DNA of 63,770 nucleotides, filler included, from Octopus bimaculoides (lineage: Eukaryota): NCBI RefSeq assembly GCF_001194135.2. It is 5 parts of 5 records of this genome, joined end to end, with 100 filler letters (N's around TTAATTAATTAA, not from the genome) between each part and the next. Parts side by side here need not be neighbours in the genome. Positions count along the whole stretch, not along the records: positions 1 to 30,308 come from NC_068994.1; 4 more parts are not named here. One strand, 5' to 3'. Shown in pieces: positions 13,261 through 27,330 of this stretch. Each line of letters starts with the position of its first letter. The first letter of the stretch is position 1. Under the pieces are notes generated by a model. It had not been told where the DNA came from and ran no database searches. It saw nothing but the letters and a program-made list of their open reading frames with translations. A program made the position numbers and the translations under genes.

Positions 13261-13996
13261 TCCGTCCGTCCGTCCACCCCTCCCCTTCTCTATGTCTCTC
13301 TCTGTGCTGTCCATACGTAATAGCGGTAATTGCGTAAAGGACAAAACGTAAGCAGACTCAGTGACAAAAACACCCCCGCCTCAACCGTTATGTCTGTGCA
13401 TATTGTGTGCCAACGGGTATGTATATACGCCACCCCTATTCCAAAACATGCACATTTGTCCGTAGACACACATGCACACATTCACACACACATATACGCA
13501 TGCGCACACATATATATATAGCGAGAGAGAGAGAGAGAGGCGAAGAAACATGGAAGGTATAAATATGCGTAAGAAACCATATGTAAGTCGTTACGTGTAT
13601 GTCTTTGAGAATATAGACATTCACTCTTATATATGTGTGTGTGTATAGTGACATACATACATATATATATANNNNNNNNNNACGGGAGGGGGAGGGAGGG
13701 AGAGAGGAGAGAGAGAGAGATGGAAGGAGGAAGGAAGGAGAGAGACGGAAGCCATTAAACATGGATTATGTGTATACACCTACTTCTTCCATAAATATAG
13801 TGTTGATGGTGACTTCGAAGTTTCAGCCCTGCTTTTACTCTTCATCGGATGAGGGTTAAGAAAGCCGAAACTTCAAAGCCTCCGCGAAGAGTATTCTTGT
13901 AGAAGAATAATAAATACGTTAGGTTTATGAATTTGTTTTGCAAGGATTCCTAATGTGAAATACTTTATTATGACTTGGCATAAAAGCAACTACAGG

Positions 13997-14225
13997 TGCA
14001 GGCGTGGCTGTGTGGTAAGAAGCAAGCTTCTCAACCACATGGTTTTAGGTTATGTCGGTATGCTTACGTCCCCGTAACTTAGCGGTTTGACAAAAGAAAC
14101 CAATATAATATGTAGCAGGCTTACAGAGAATAAGTTCTGGGGTCAATTTCTTCGACTAAAAAACCGTTAAGGCGATGCTCCTGCATGACCGGAGTCTAAT
14201 GTCTGAAACAAGTAAAAGAATAATA
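13997..14225 (+). mobile_element. SINE family A, internally deleted
   Basis: Head GGCGTGGCTGTGTGGTAAGAAGC is joined directly to the 3' half, which ends AAACAAGTAAAAGAA. Confidence 0.8.
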
Positions 14226-14954
14226 GAATATATATATATATATTAGTTAGAGGTTATGTTAGCCTGGTGAAGGGATGGCGTCATCCAAGGTAATACTGGC
14301 TCAATACCTAATATTTGGGTGGGGGGATTGGTTTTCTTAAAATAACAGGTGTGTGTGTGTGTGTGTGNNNNNNNNNNNNNNNNNNNNNNNNNNNNNNNNN
14401 NNNNNNNNNNNNNNNNNNNNNNNNNNNNNNNNNNNNNNNNNNNNNNNNNNNNNNNNNNNNNNNNNNNNNNNNNNNNNNNNNNNNNNNNNNNNNNNNNNNN
14501 NNNNNNNNNNNNNNNNNNNNNNNNNNNNNNNNNNNNNNNNNNNNNNNNNNNNNNNNNNNNNNNNNNNNNNNNNNNNNNNNNNNNNNNNNNNNNNNNNNNN
14601 NNNNNNNNNNNNNNNNNNNNNNNNNNNNNNNNNNNNNNNNNNNNNNNNNNNNNNNNNNNNNNNNNNNNNNNNNNNNNNNNNNNNNNNNNNNNNNNNNNNN
14701 NNNNNNNNNNNNNNNNNNNNNNNNNNNNNNNNNNNNNNNNNNNNNNNNNNNNNNNNNNNNNNNNNNNNNNNNNNNNNNNNNNNNNNNNNNNNNNNNNNNN
14801 NNNNNNNNNNNNNNNNNNNNNNNNNNNNNNNNNNNNNNNNNNNNNNNNNNNNNNNNNNNNNNNNNNNNNNNNNNNNNNNNNNNNNNNNNNNNNNNNNNNN
14901 NNNNNNNNNNNNNNNNNNNNNNNNNNNNNNNNNNNNNNNNNNNNNNNNNNNNNN

Positions 14955-15017
<63 letters not shown>

Positions 15018-15917
15018 TGTTGTCAGGAAATGCGTCTAGGATGTGTTTAAATATGTATGTATTGATAAGTTAATCAATAATGAAAGAATTATGTCACACA
15101 TTTACAATAATAGCTAAGTGGATCACTGAATGGCTGAATTAGCACAACAACCAGATGGCAATAGAATATGGATAGTGGTAGAGGTGGGAGATACGGAAGG
15201 AGAACGAGAGAGAGAGAAAGAAAGAAAGAGAGAGAGACAGAGAGGGGAATGTAGAAATGTAGAGATGAGAGAGTATGGGGATGAAGAACACGAGACAGAG
15301 TGAATCGGGGAGGATGGCAGAGTGAGAAAGATATAGCGAATGGGGAGAACGAGATGATTGGCGATCATGAAAGAGAAAGGAACGGTGGTGGTAGTTGTAG
15401 TGGTGGTGGTGGTGGAACGGTGGTGGTGGTTGTAGTGGTGGTGGTGGTGGTNNNNNNNNNNNNNNNNNNNNNNNNNNNNNNNNNNNNNNNNNNNNNNNNN
15501 NNNNNNNNNNNNNNNNNNNNNNNNNNNNNNNNNNNNNNNNNNNNNNNNNNNNNNNNNNNNNNNNNNNNNNNNNNNNNNNNNNNNNNNNNNNNNNNNNNNN
15601 NNNNNNNNNNNNNNNNNNNNNNNNNNNNNNNNNNNNNNNNNNNNNNNNNNNNNNNNNNNNNNNNNNNNNNNNNNNNNNNNNNNNNNNNNNNNNNNNNNNN
15701 NNNNNNNNNNNNNNNNNNNNNNNNNNNNNNNNNNNNNNNNNNNNNNNNNNNNNNNNNNNNNNNNNNNNNNNNNNNNNNNNNNNNNNNNNNNNNNNNNNNN
15801 NNNNNNNNNNNNNNNNNNNNNNNNNNNNNNNNNNNNNNNNNNNNNNNNNNNNNNNNNNNNNNNNNNNNNNNNNNNNNNNNNNNNNNNNNNNNNNNNNNNN
15901 NNNNNNNNNNNNNNATA

Positions 15918-16030
15918 TATATAGGACAGACTTCGTTCAGCTTCCGTCTACTAATTCCTCTCACGAGGATTTGATCGGCACAAGGTGCCATGCAGTGGGA
16001 CGGAACACCAAACTAACTACATTGCTGGAG
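15918..16030 (-). mobile_element. SINE family A 5' fragment, degenerate
   Basis: Reverse-complement match to the family A head and core (CAAGGTGCCATGCAGTGGGAC). Confidence 0.6.
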
Positions 16031-16120
16031 AAACAAGCATCATAATGACACATGCGTCTCTCTCTATATATATGTGTGTGTGTGTGTGCATGAGTATGTT
16101 TCTGTGTATACTTGTGTATA

Positions 16121-16935
16121 CGTAGTCTGACCAATAAGTATCCGGAATGTTGCCATAGTAACAAAGCTAAAGCACGCAAAGTTAAACCACTTGGCGCAGA
16201 TTGACCTTGTGCACTAAGTTTTAACGTTCTGGCTTACTTCTGCTGTTTACAGCAGTGCTTAGTAGGAACGTGTGTAGCGTGTGATCGTCGCATTGACCTT
16301 GAATATGCATCAAATGTTGTCAAAAGCTTGGAGGTACCTGATCAGAGGCCTACGCAAAGAAGCAGAAAGTGTATGGAGAGGAGTGTATGAGGCGAAAAAA
16401 TGTCGATAGTGTCGAACGTTCTGAGAGATCCGCAACCAGCAGATCTGAGAAAAACATCGCAGATGTGCGTGAAGCTGTGAGGGGAAATCTCGAATCACCA
16501 TCCGTGAATTATCAGAGGATGTAGATTAGTTACGCTTCAGACCATTATCGTTGAAGATTTGGGTATGAAACACGTGTATACGAAGTTTGGGCCAAAACTG
16601 CTTTCAGCAGCTTTTAACTAGGTACAACAGTCCCCAGGTCCGACAGCCACTGTATTCCCCAGATCTCGGCCCTTATGAATTTTTTAAAACTTTTTCCCAA
16701 ATTCAAATCCCGCTTGAAAAGAAGATTTCAGGACGTCGAGGAAATGCAATATTTACAATGACAACAACTGTAACAGCAACAATACCTAATGTTGTAATTT
16801 ACAAGAAAAATACAGCAAATAATGTGACAATTTAGAAGGGACACCGAGTAATGAATACAGAAATATGAACGTTAGGAAATAGAGTTAACTACTGTCATTT
16901 TGCTGCAATACCCGGATACGGGTTTGTTGGACTAC
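16121..16935 (+). mobile_element. Mariner DNA transposon, internally deleted and frameshifted
   Basis: Fragmentary translation gives RITIRELSEDV, EDLGMKHVYTKFGPKLL (cf. AKFVPKLL) and PLYSPDLGPYEF (cf. YSPDLAP). Left end TACGTAGTCTGACCAATAAGTATCCGG has a degenerate inverted partner near 16905-16935. Confidence 0.8.
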
Positions 16936-17863
16936 AATCGTTAAATAAACGTATAGGAGGAATTATATAACAACTGTGTAATAAATATGTCAGGTTTTTT
17001 AAGGTAGTCTTCTTAGATATTGCTTATTCTCCTTTATAGATATTACACACACATACACACACACCCAGATATGCACTCAGATAATATTCTCTCTCTCCCC
17101 TCTCTCTCTCTCTGACACACACACATATAAATACATATACATCCACAAATTCATAAGTATGCATATATGTACATATATAAATACATATACACCTAGATAT
17201 TTATACGGATACATATATGTACTTATAGACATATGCATACACACGCACATATATGCATTATCATACATAGATATATACGTCATATACGTCGACATAAACG
17301 TAATAGTTATTTTTCACATATTTGAGCATTAAATGCGCTTTGGCATACTTATATACACACACGCACACAGATGCACGTAGATATCGGGGTCCGCCGAGTA
17401 TTTGCGAACAAAACAAAAGAAGAAAAGCAAGAGTTACATCAAAAAAAAAAAAGCGAAACCATATTTCGAGGTCATATCTTGACCATGGAAGTGACTGCAT
17501 GACGCTTTCATCAAGCGACAATCCATTGCCAATGCGCTCTCCAGTATAGCACGGAGGCGAACAGTGAACTACAATAAAACGTTTAAATCATTTAGACGCA
17601 TACGGAACACGCACACGCACACAGGGAGGGAGAGGAGGTGATGACTGGACGAGCATATAAAATAAAAGGTGGGTTGAACCTCAGAATGTTCTTTCTCCTC
17701 TATTTACAAACATTGGTATGATTTTATATGTAATAAATTTTTATTATGCTACATTTTAATGGTTCGTGATGCTATTGAAAGAAAGTTCAAAGATAAAAAC
17801 AATATTCGTTTACTAATGTTAAACACAACGTGGACTTTATACGCACACACAATATATATATAC

Positions 17864-17897
<34 letters not shown>

Positions 17898-18116
17898 ATA
17901 CACATATATGTGGGAGAAAGAGAGAGCGGATTGAGTTAACGGATGGGTAGGTAGATGCTTAAAGAGAGAAGGACATAAATATATATGAGAGAAAGGGGGA
18001 GAGCTGGAGAAGAGGAAAAAAAGGAGATATGAGTGTGTGAGCGTTAGTGTCTGTGTGTGTGTGTGATGATGTGTGTGGTGTGCATGTATAAAGTGGGTAG
18101 AGAGAAAGAGACGGGA

Positions 18117-18154
<38 letters not shown>

Positions 18155-18885
18155 TTAAGAAAAGTAGAGGGTGTATAGTGGAATTGTATGGCTGTTGGAA
18201 AAGCCTGGTGTTGTGTGAGGCGAGGTGGATGTACTCGGAAGAGCGTCAGAATAATTGTGAAGTTATGTAATATGTATGTCATATGGCAAAAAGTATGTCA
18301 GGTTTGGGATGTAACAGTGAGAAGAAGAGAGAGGACGGGAGAGAGCACACACACACATGCACCTCCCCCCACACACGTATATACACAAATGCATACAGAC
18401 CCTCGCCCGCACTCGTGTGCGTGTGTGTGTGTGTTTACATTTATGTGTGTAGAAAGAGGGAAAGCTATGCTGATAAAGAGATGGGTAGATATGATACATA
18501 GCTCGATCGATACACACACACACTCATATATATAATGCATACACACACACACACACATATATATATCAATGCACACAACGCATATACACACACACACACA
18601 CAGAGAAAAGCATTGGGTAAATATAATCGATATATACTGATAGATCGGGGTGGTTAGATGGATACCTAGATAAATACATAGATACACGTGTGTCTGGGAA
18701 CGCACACAGACACACAAACACAAACACACACACACATATATATATAGGGAGAGAAAGAGAGGGAGACAGATTGATAGATATAGATCGCAATAGAGAAGCG
18801 AATGAAAGCCTCCATGCTCAGAGAGAAAAAGAGATGGCGCGATTGCTCGTTAAAGAACAAAAGACGCATAAGAGCCACGTGTGCG

Positions 18886-18939
<54 letters not shown>

Positions 18940-21900
18940 NNNNNNNNNNNNNNNNNNNNNNNNNNNNNNNNNNNNNNNNNNNNNNNNNNNNNNNNNNNNN
19001 NNNNNNNNNNNNNNNNNNNNNNNNNNNNNNNNNNNNNNNNNNNNNNNNNNNNNNNNNNNNNNNNNNNNNNNNNNNNNNNNNNNNNNNNNNNNNNNNNNNN
19101 NNNNNNNNNNNNNNNNNNNNNNNNNNNNNNNNNNNNNNNNNNNNNNNNNNNNNNNNNNNNNNNNNNNNNNNNNNNNNNNNNNNNNNNNNNNNNNNNNNNN
19201 NNNNNNNNNNNNNNNNNNNNNNNNNNNNNNNNNNNNNNNNNNNNNNNNNNNNNNNNNNNNNNNNNNNNNNNNNNNNNNNNNNNNNNNNNNNNNNNNNNNN
19301 NNNNNNNNNNNNNNNNNNNNNNNNNNNNNNNNNNNNNNNNNNNNNNNNNNNNNNNNNNNNNNNNNNNNNNNNNNNNNNNNNNNNNNNNNNNNNNNNNNNN
19401 NNNNNNNNNNNNNNNNNNNNNNNNNNNNNNNNNNNNNNNNNNNNNNNNNNNNNNNNNNNNNNNNNNNNNNNNNNNNNNNNNNNNNNNNNNNNNNNNNNNN
19501 NNNNNNNNNNNNNNNNNNNNNNNNNNNNNNNNNNNNNNNNNNNNNNNNNTATATATATATATATATATATATATATACGTCTATATGTTTTTAGTATGTT
19601 TGCGTATGATTGCTCCTCGTATCTACATGTATGTGTGTATCTGTGTGTGTATGCATGTGTGTATGCATGTGTGCGTGCGTGTGTGTGTGTGTGTGTGTGT
19701 GTACCGGTTTGGAAGGTAATGAGGTGTTTTGTGCACTGGAATTGGGGAAGTAGCACAAGAACTCGGCAGCAGTGGTAGCAATGGTAGCTGTTGTAGTAGT
19801 GGTGGTGGTGGTGGTGGTGGTGGTCGTAGCGTTGATTGTATTGATGGCAGTAGTAGATGGCAGTAGTAGTAGTTTTGGTGGTAATAATAATAATAATTAT
19901 TATAATAATTATGATACTTTTAGTAGTATTAATAATGATGGCGGAGTGGTAGTAGTAGTAGTGGTGGTGGTTTTGGTAGTATTGGAATTTGTGTCGGTGG
20001 GTGGCGTTGGTTGAAGGTAGTGTAAATGCGGTGTCGTCAATAATAGATGTTGTTTGGCGCTCTATCCACGACCATCCTGTCTTTTTAAATCAGGCGTATT
20101 GCACCTAAGACTACCCTCACCAATATAACCACTTTTTTTCTTTATTTTTTCTTTATTTAGCAAGACAATACAGTTCAAATCCGAGCCAGATTTCTGGCTG
20201 TTATTTCTTGCATGTCGATCGACCTCGTACAGGCTTCCTGATTGGTTCCTGTCATTGTTTTCATTGGTGGTAATGATGATAGTGGTGATGGTGGTGGCGA
20301 AGGTGTGGGGAGGTGTTTCACCCCCACCCCCTACATACACACACACCACACCCATGATGATTTTTAGCTATTGTAACTGCAGCAAACAGCTAAGATAATA
20401 GCAAGCTATCATTTAATATTATGATAGAACAATGGAAATCGAACTCCTTGAAATAAACCGGAAAAGCCGCCGACTCAATTATTCCTACCCCGCACCCATC
20501 GCCCCACCCGCTTGCAGCACCTTCTCCACCACTCCGCCTGCTATTACATCATGCTCCTTTCCCCCTCTCCCCGTTCTGTATCGTACCCACCGACATCAAT
20601 TGTTACCACGACCCATTTGGTTTCCCACCCACCCCTTATACACATTCGCGAGGTTATATGAATCCGAACACACACACACACTAATACTTAATATACACAC
20701 ATACATACTCGTATATAGATATGCATACACATATAAACATACGCACTCGCGCGCGCTCACCTAATTTTCTTATGTTGCAGCAAAACTTAACATCACCACC
20801 ACCGCCACCACAGCAGCAACCACAACAAACTGCCAAACTGCATCGCAACTCATACAGCCACCACCACCACCAGTACCTTCAACACCATCCCCCAAAAATA
20901 ACAAAAACGAGATCAACAGCCTCAACCACCACTACCATCAATATTTTCTGAATCACCGCACCACTATTTTCATTTCCACCAACATCACCACACCTCCACC
21001 AGCATCACCATCACAACAATAACCAGCATCATCACTTACGCAACTACCATCAGCGCTACCTTTTCATCATAATCATCGTCATCCTCTTAAACGATATTAT
21101 ATGCTCAAAACTAGACAAGAAATATTTTCGAAAAACTAAAGTTGTTTTCATATGGCTTTGTCAAGGAAACTTTTATGACCCTTTTTTGACGTCTTTGTAA
21201 TTGTTGGGAGGAAAAGGGGGTACCTGGCCTCTGTGCTTGAAACAACCTGGATTCTGCGAAAGGCATCCTAGAAGCCCGGATTGCGTGATTGTGTTAAACT
21301 GGCTGCATGATGATCGGTAACGGATGAAGTCAAAGTGAGGTGGAAAGTTACGCAAGCGTGTCCTATCGTCAGAGCCTCAGGTTAACCATTCAGGAACTTG
21401 TCGATGGAATTTGGTCGGAAGAAACTGTACCGAAGCTCATAGTGCGCATGCTTGTATATGCGTGTGGCTGTGTGTGTGTGTGCTTCTCAGTTGGATGGAT
21501 GGAATCATATACATACACCCCCACCACATATATACACCCCCACACACACATGCTCAGTGTTTGTTATTGGAGTCTGCATAGTTTTTTTCATTTCACACAC
21601 CAGTATATATGCGAACGCGTACACTCACTTAGTGCCTGTGTTTTATACATTGGGAAGGTCATATCGCAAAGGAGTTGTATTTAATTTTGTTTTTATTACC
21701 AAGCACTTAGTTAACTAAAGAAGTAATCGATAGGTTTGATCACTGAGTTGGTTGGTTCCCAAAGTTCTTTTTTCAAAGTCTTCGACCTTACCGACGACGT
21801 GCCCTGATCGGTTCTTCTCTGTGTTAATAAAAGCATATAAATATTGAGCTGATAAATCCTTTGGATAAAAAATATCAAAGTCATGTCTACAAGATAAGTG

Positions 21901-23339
21901 GGTTCGTGTCCCACAAGCAGTTCTCTATCCAATAGACCTATTCTGTTCAATAGGGCTTTCAATCCAGTATTTCCATGCTATTATTCATAGCTCTCTGTTC
22001 TAAAAAAGAATTATTTCACGTTCTCTCGACAGTTTCTAAATTATTATGACATCAGCTATACACGCACACACACACATCGGCCATGTAATGATCCACGTGC
22101 CTTTCTCCGGATTATCTACTCCTTCCTACTTTTTCTCCTCTTTCTCTCATTCCGACGAAGAGCCAATGCCCGAAACATCACCTCTACTCCTATTTTCCCA
22201 TCTAAAACTTTCACTGAGCAACAATCTAATACATTCACTCTGCACGTCTAATTGATTTCTATTGCTTCATCTTGTCTTTTATTTATGATTTGCTTACATA
22301 TATCTCAAACGGTCCCTCTTGTACTAAACTAGGTCCCCCCCCATCCCTAAGTCTACAGGGACCCCTGTTGTTTCATTGTTTCATATGGTTGTCATTCTTG
22401 CTAGTTCTTCTAATCACTGTTATTCTATCCCTGTTGTTATCGTTACTAATCTAGCTGCTATCATTCTCTCTTCTTCCCGCTGTATCTCATCCTGTTGCAT
22501 CTGTTAATGTTTATATTTTTTGTTATTCTTCATGTTACTGCAATCGCTACACTTGCTGCTCTTGTTTTATCTGTTCATTTTACAGCTCCTCTTAATATTA
22601 TAATTACCGTTACTGCTGCTGATGCTACTATTCCTGTTACAGATGGCGTTCTAGCAGAACGCTATTGTTTTTTACTGTTGATATTAACGCCATTACTGCT
22701 ACACGTTTTGCCATTGTTTCTGATGTTCTTAGTTATTAAATCCCATGTTACAGCAGCTACTTTTGCTGTTGTTTCAATCTTGTTACATCAGTTATTATTT
22801 AGCAATTGCGGTCACGGTCATAACAACATCTGCCCCATGTTATTCATATTACTGCGCTTATTCTTTGTAACTGTTCTCGTCACAGCTTTTGTTACTGTGA
22901 TATTGTATTACTGTTTATGTCACAGCGCTATTGTTACAACACTATTTGCAAGACGCTGTTACAATTCTTTTGCAACTGTTCTAGTCACATTTGTTGTTAC
23001 CGAGCTATTTTTGAGTTATTGTGTCTGTTTTTGTCACATTGCTCTTGTCACAGCATTACTGTAAGACGCTATTGTTACACTGCCTGTTCTTTTTATTATT
23101 GTTACAGTGCGCCTGTTCTATTACTGTACAATTGTCATTGTTACACTGCAGCCGTTGTTATAGTGCCGCCGTTGTAGTTACACTGCTGTCGTTGCCGTGT
23201 CACTGATGTTACAGTTGCTGTTACAGCACTGTTATTGCCTTTATCATTGCTAATGTTAAAAGGAAACATTTTCTTTTTGTTGTTACAGCTGTTGTCGTTG
23301 TTACTGCTGCACCCAATAAAGCTGCAGTCGCTGTTGTTG

Positions 23340-23760
23340 TTAGGCTGCTGTCGGTATTGCTGCGGTTGCAGGTTTTATTGTTGCTGCTGTCACTGTTAAT
23401 ACTATTGCAGTTATTGTTGCTGCTGCTGCTTCTGCTGCTGCTATTGCTGCAGCTGTTGTTGTTGTTGTTGTTGTTGTTGNNNNNNNNNNGTTGTTGTTGT
23501 TGTTGTTGTTGTTGTCACAATATCGTAATTTTACTTGCTATCGACTCTTTCTCGGTCAGAGAGAATGCATGGAATGTGGCTGCTGCTGCTACTGGTGCCG
23601 CTGACGCTGTTATCAATAGTGATGGGGGAGCTGGTGGCGATGATGAAGATGCTGACTTGGCTACGTTGCCTGCTGCTGCTGCCGCCACAGCGCCGCCCCA
23701 CCACCGCCTTCGCGCCACCGTTGCTGCTCATGTTAACGATGATGATGATGATGATAACGT
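23340..23760. repeat. (GCT)n/(GTT)n/(GAT)n low-complexity tract
   Basis: Direct reading. Confidence 0.85.
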
Positions 23761-24259
23761 TTTATAGGTGGTGGTTGTTAGTGGAGGTAATGATAGCAGT
23801 TCGAGTAGCAGTTGAAACGGAAGCTTCGGCGGCAGCGGTGGAGGAGCTACTATAAACTGGGGTGCTAGTGGCAATGTTAGTGTTGGCAGTGGTATAACCA
23901 GTGGTATTGGTAGTGAAGGTGTTTGTATGTTGGCAGTGGTAACAGTTGTGGTTGTTGTGGTAGTGGTAGTGGTAGCGGTAGCGCTGATGGTTACTATTTT
24001 GTATTTTCTTGTCAGGAGGGAAGAGCAGTGCCCTTAACTTCATTCCATGAAATTCCAAGGCTAGAAAAAGGGAGAAAGGGTTCTTTAGATAGTAGGCCTG
24101 ACCTGAATGGTTGTAGTAGACTGGAACCCACTAAAGATATCAAAGGTTGCAGGTGGAGGGGCCAAACATAGCTATAGGTTAAGGAAACCATGCAAATATT
24201 TATGTCTTTATTGCCCAAAGGGAGCTAAACAGAGGGGACAAACAAGGACAGACAAAGGA

Positions 24260-24418
24260 ATTAAGTCGATTACATCGACCCCAGTGCGTAACTGGTACTT
24301 ATTTAATCAACCTTGAAAGGAAGAAAGGCAAAGTCGACCTCGGCGGAATTTGAACTCAGAACGTAAGGACGGACGAAATGCCGCTAAGCACTTTGTCCGG
24401 CATGCTAACGATTCTGCC
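24260..24418 (-). mobile_element. SINE family B, partial
   Basis: AAAGTCGACCTCGGCGGAATTTGAACTCAGAACG core. Confidence 0.85.
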
Positions 24419-25513
24419 GTCGCAGTGGTAGTTGTAAAGCCATGTTGCAGTAATGGTAGTGGTGTGGTGGTGATGGTGGATGTACCCCGCCAGAGGGGCG
24501 GAGGGCGTGTGGAGGGGGGATGGAGGCCACGATGGCGACGATTACGGCAATAACAATAACAACAACAACAACAACAACAAACAACAATAACCACATTGAC
24601 AGCAGCGAAGTAAGAAAGAGGAACAGCTTCCGAAGATGGCAAATATGAGAAAATAGGTGGGAGGGGTATGGGGTGGTGTTGGGTAGGTGGCAGGGGTGGG
24701 GAGAGGAGTAAATAGCTGTGGGAATAAGGACGTGTATGTATGTGTGTGTGTTGGGGATGGTGGTGAGGAGGGACGAAGAGTCGGTGATGTAGGTGGGGTG
24801 TGTGGTTTTTTTCCCCTTCAATGTTCTGTTTCGTTCTTAACTGCTGCTCTGGAATTTCTTTAGCTAGCAACCGCCGCCGCCTTCTCCACCACCGCCACCT
24901 CAACAGCAGCAGCAGCTACGCCACCACGTTTCCACAGCCGCCACCCCCGCGCCTCTCCCCGCCCTATTCTTGTACTGGTTTTGCTCTTTGGCGCTTTTGT
25001 CATCGTCGTCGTTATTGTCATAGCTGTTGTTGTTGTTGTTGTTGTTGATGGTGTTGTTATTATTGAGGTTCTTGTTCTAGTTATCGTCGTGGTGCCGTGG
25101 ACTATTTTATGGGTACAAAAAAAAACAAAAAAACGAGAGAAAGTGAAAGAAATTATCTGTAAAAGAAATATCTAGGCGTGACAAGAAGTCGTTAAGATGA
25201 AGCATTGTATATTGGCTGTTGTTTAGTCCCAGTAGCGTTCCAGTTATGACCATTCCACATTTTATTCCTCCTAAACACTGTATTCTCAGGAGGATAATAT
25301 TAAGCAGGCGTGCGGTATGCATTTCATACACCCGTTTGCCTTTTAATTTTAAGATTGTAGGGTGTGATTTGGACGGAATTTTGTTATTGTTTCTAGCAGA
25401 TCGAATTACTTCTCAAGACATTTCGCTGATTCATAATGAATAAATGAACTTCCTGGTGCACCCACACACACACAAGCACGCACACACATTAACACACATA
25501 CACACGGACGCAC

Positions 25514-25549
<36 letters not shown>

Positions 25550-26296
25550 TATAGGTTAGTGTTGTGGTAATGTTGGTGTAGTACTAACGTAACGTTGTGG
25601 TGTTGCTGTAGTGCTGTAGTAGTGAAAGCGTGCTGCAGATATATAGTATTAATGTAGTATTGGCTTTTGTGTAATGGTAGTAGTGGTGTAATGTTGTGGT
25701 AACAGTGATGCTAATGATTTCATGTCATCGGGAACGCAAATGATTTTCAAGTTTCGCTGGTTCCCGATTCTGTTTCAGATCACATGTTACTGTTGCTACT
25801 TACGATGGCCGAACTGTATATTCTTAGCGCGCGCGTGTTAGAATGCATTTAATACATACGTTTCAAGTGGTTACGCAGCAAATTTTTACGCAAATATAAT
25901 CATCTTCAGTCGTTGCAAGTGAAATGTCCTGTTTGGATAATACAGTTATAACGCAACACGTAATAGGAGTAGAATATTGAACAAGACCACTGTGTCGTGT
26001 ATATCTGGTAGCAAATACTGCGTCAGGGCATACTACGAATATATATATATATATATATATATATATCGTTGAAAATATGTGGAAAACATATATAAAAAGT
26101 GGAAGAGAAATGCCTTCGTTTCGAATGTTTTTCATATCTTTTCAACTCGTAGTTTTGCCACATGGTGTATACTGAATCTCCAGTATTTTTTCTCCTTATA
26201 TATATACATATATATANNNNNNNNNNNNNNNNNNNNNNNNNNNNNNNNNNNNNNNNNNNNNNNNNNNNNNNNNNNNNNNNNNNNNNNNNNNNNNNN

Positions 26297-26328
<32 letters not shown>

Positions 26329-26939
26329 AGAAAAAATACTGGAGATATTGCAATTCACGATGTTTCGTATAAGATATACTATTTTACCGCGCACATACTC
26401 ACATATAAATCAACATCATCACTTTTATCATCATCGTAACCATCATCAGCACGTATGCCACAAGTCATTCACATGGTTTGTTAAGTCAGAAAGGAAAGTA
26501 TGAAACAGGAGAATAAGATAGGGGTAGTAAGTAGGAAACGGAAGTAGTGAATCGGAAGAAGGAATTTGAAGTGTGAAGATAAACGATAACAACTGTGTCT
26601 CAGAATTAAGTAACCTCCATCCCGAACGAGATCAGCAACACCATTTCTACGATAACGAAGTTTATCATCATAAGCACTATCACCTCTCCCACCACCGCCA
26701 CGCCACTTACATAATTACTACCACCTAGTGTTAATTAGCAAGAGCAGTAAAAATAATAAGCATCGACCACCGACCAATACGAGCCATCGATCACCAATCT
26801 TTATCAATAATCACCTATCACCAGTCATCATCACAAACAACATCAGCCACCAGACATTAAACACCACCAACGATAAAAGCCAGCTTACATCAAAATTCAT
26901 CAACCATTAACCATCAACGGCATTTAGTCAATCAGAATT

Positions 26940-27330
26940 ATTTTATCATCATCATAAGCACAATTATCATCGTCACCATCATTATTATCATCATCATCAC
27001 AATCGCCATCATCACAATCATCATCTGCATCATTAACATCGTACTCACCCTGACCACCATCCCAATCACCACCCTCATCGTCATCATCATCATCACCTCA
27101 GTAAGAACCAACACTGATAACATTGCAATAAACGTCACAACACCATTACCATCATCATCATCATCACCACAATCACAATGAATATCCCCATAACAACAAC
27201 AACCACCACCGCCATCATCATCACAGCCATTACAATCGACATCTCCACCATCATCATCGCCATCATAAGAATCAATCACTCTCGCCACCGTTGCCAACCA
27301 CCAATCATCACCAATCACCACCAACGCCAT
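26940..27330. repeat. Degenerate (CAT)n/(CAC)n low-complexity tract
   Basis: Direct reading. Confidence 0.85.

Noticed and set aside
17400-17570. Minus-strand peptide GERIGNGLSLDESVMQSLPWSRYDLEIW, faintly like copper amine oxidase
   Set aside because: Only a W.RY.L match; there are no catalytic motifs or supporting exons in the window.
21780-21835. 27-nt minus-strand micro-exon with good splice sites (..ACACAG / GTAAGG)
   Set aside because: Too short to distinguish from chance without transcript data, and there are no partner exons.
22495-23064. 189-aa hydrophobic ORF resembling a multi-pass membrane protein
   Set aside because: It lies in a degenerate GTT/ACT-rich tract with internal ~110-bp duplications. 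The hydrophobicity follows from base composition and no family motif is present.
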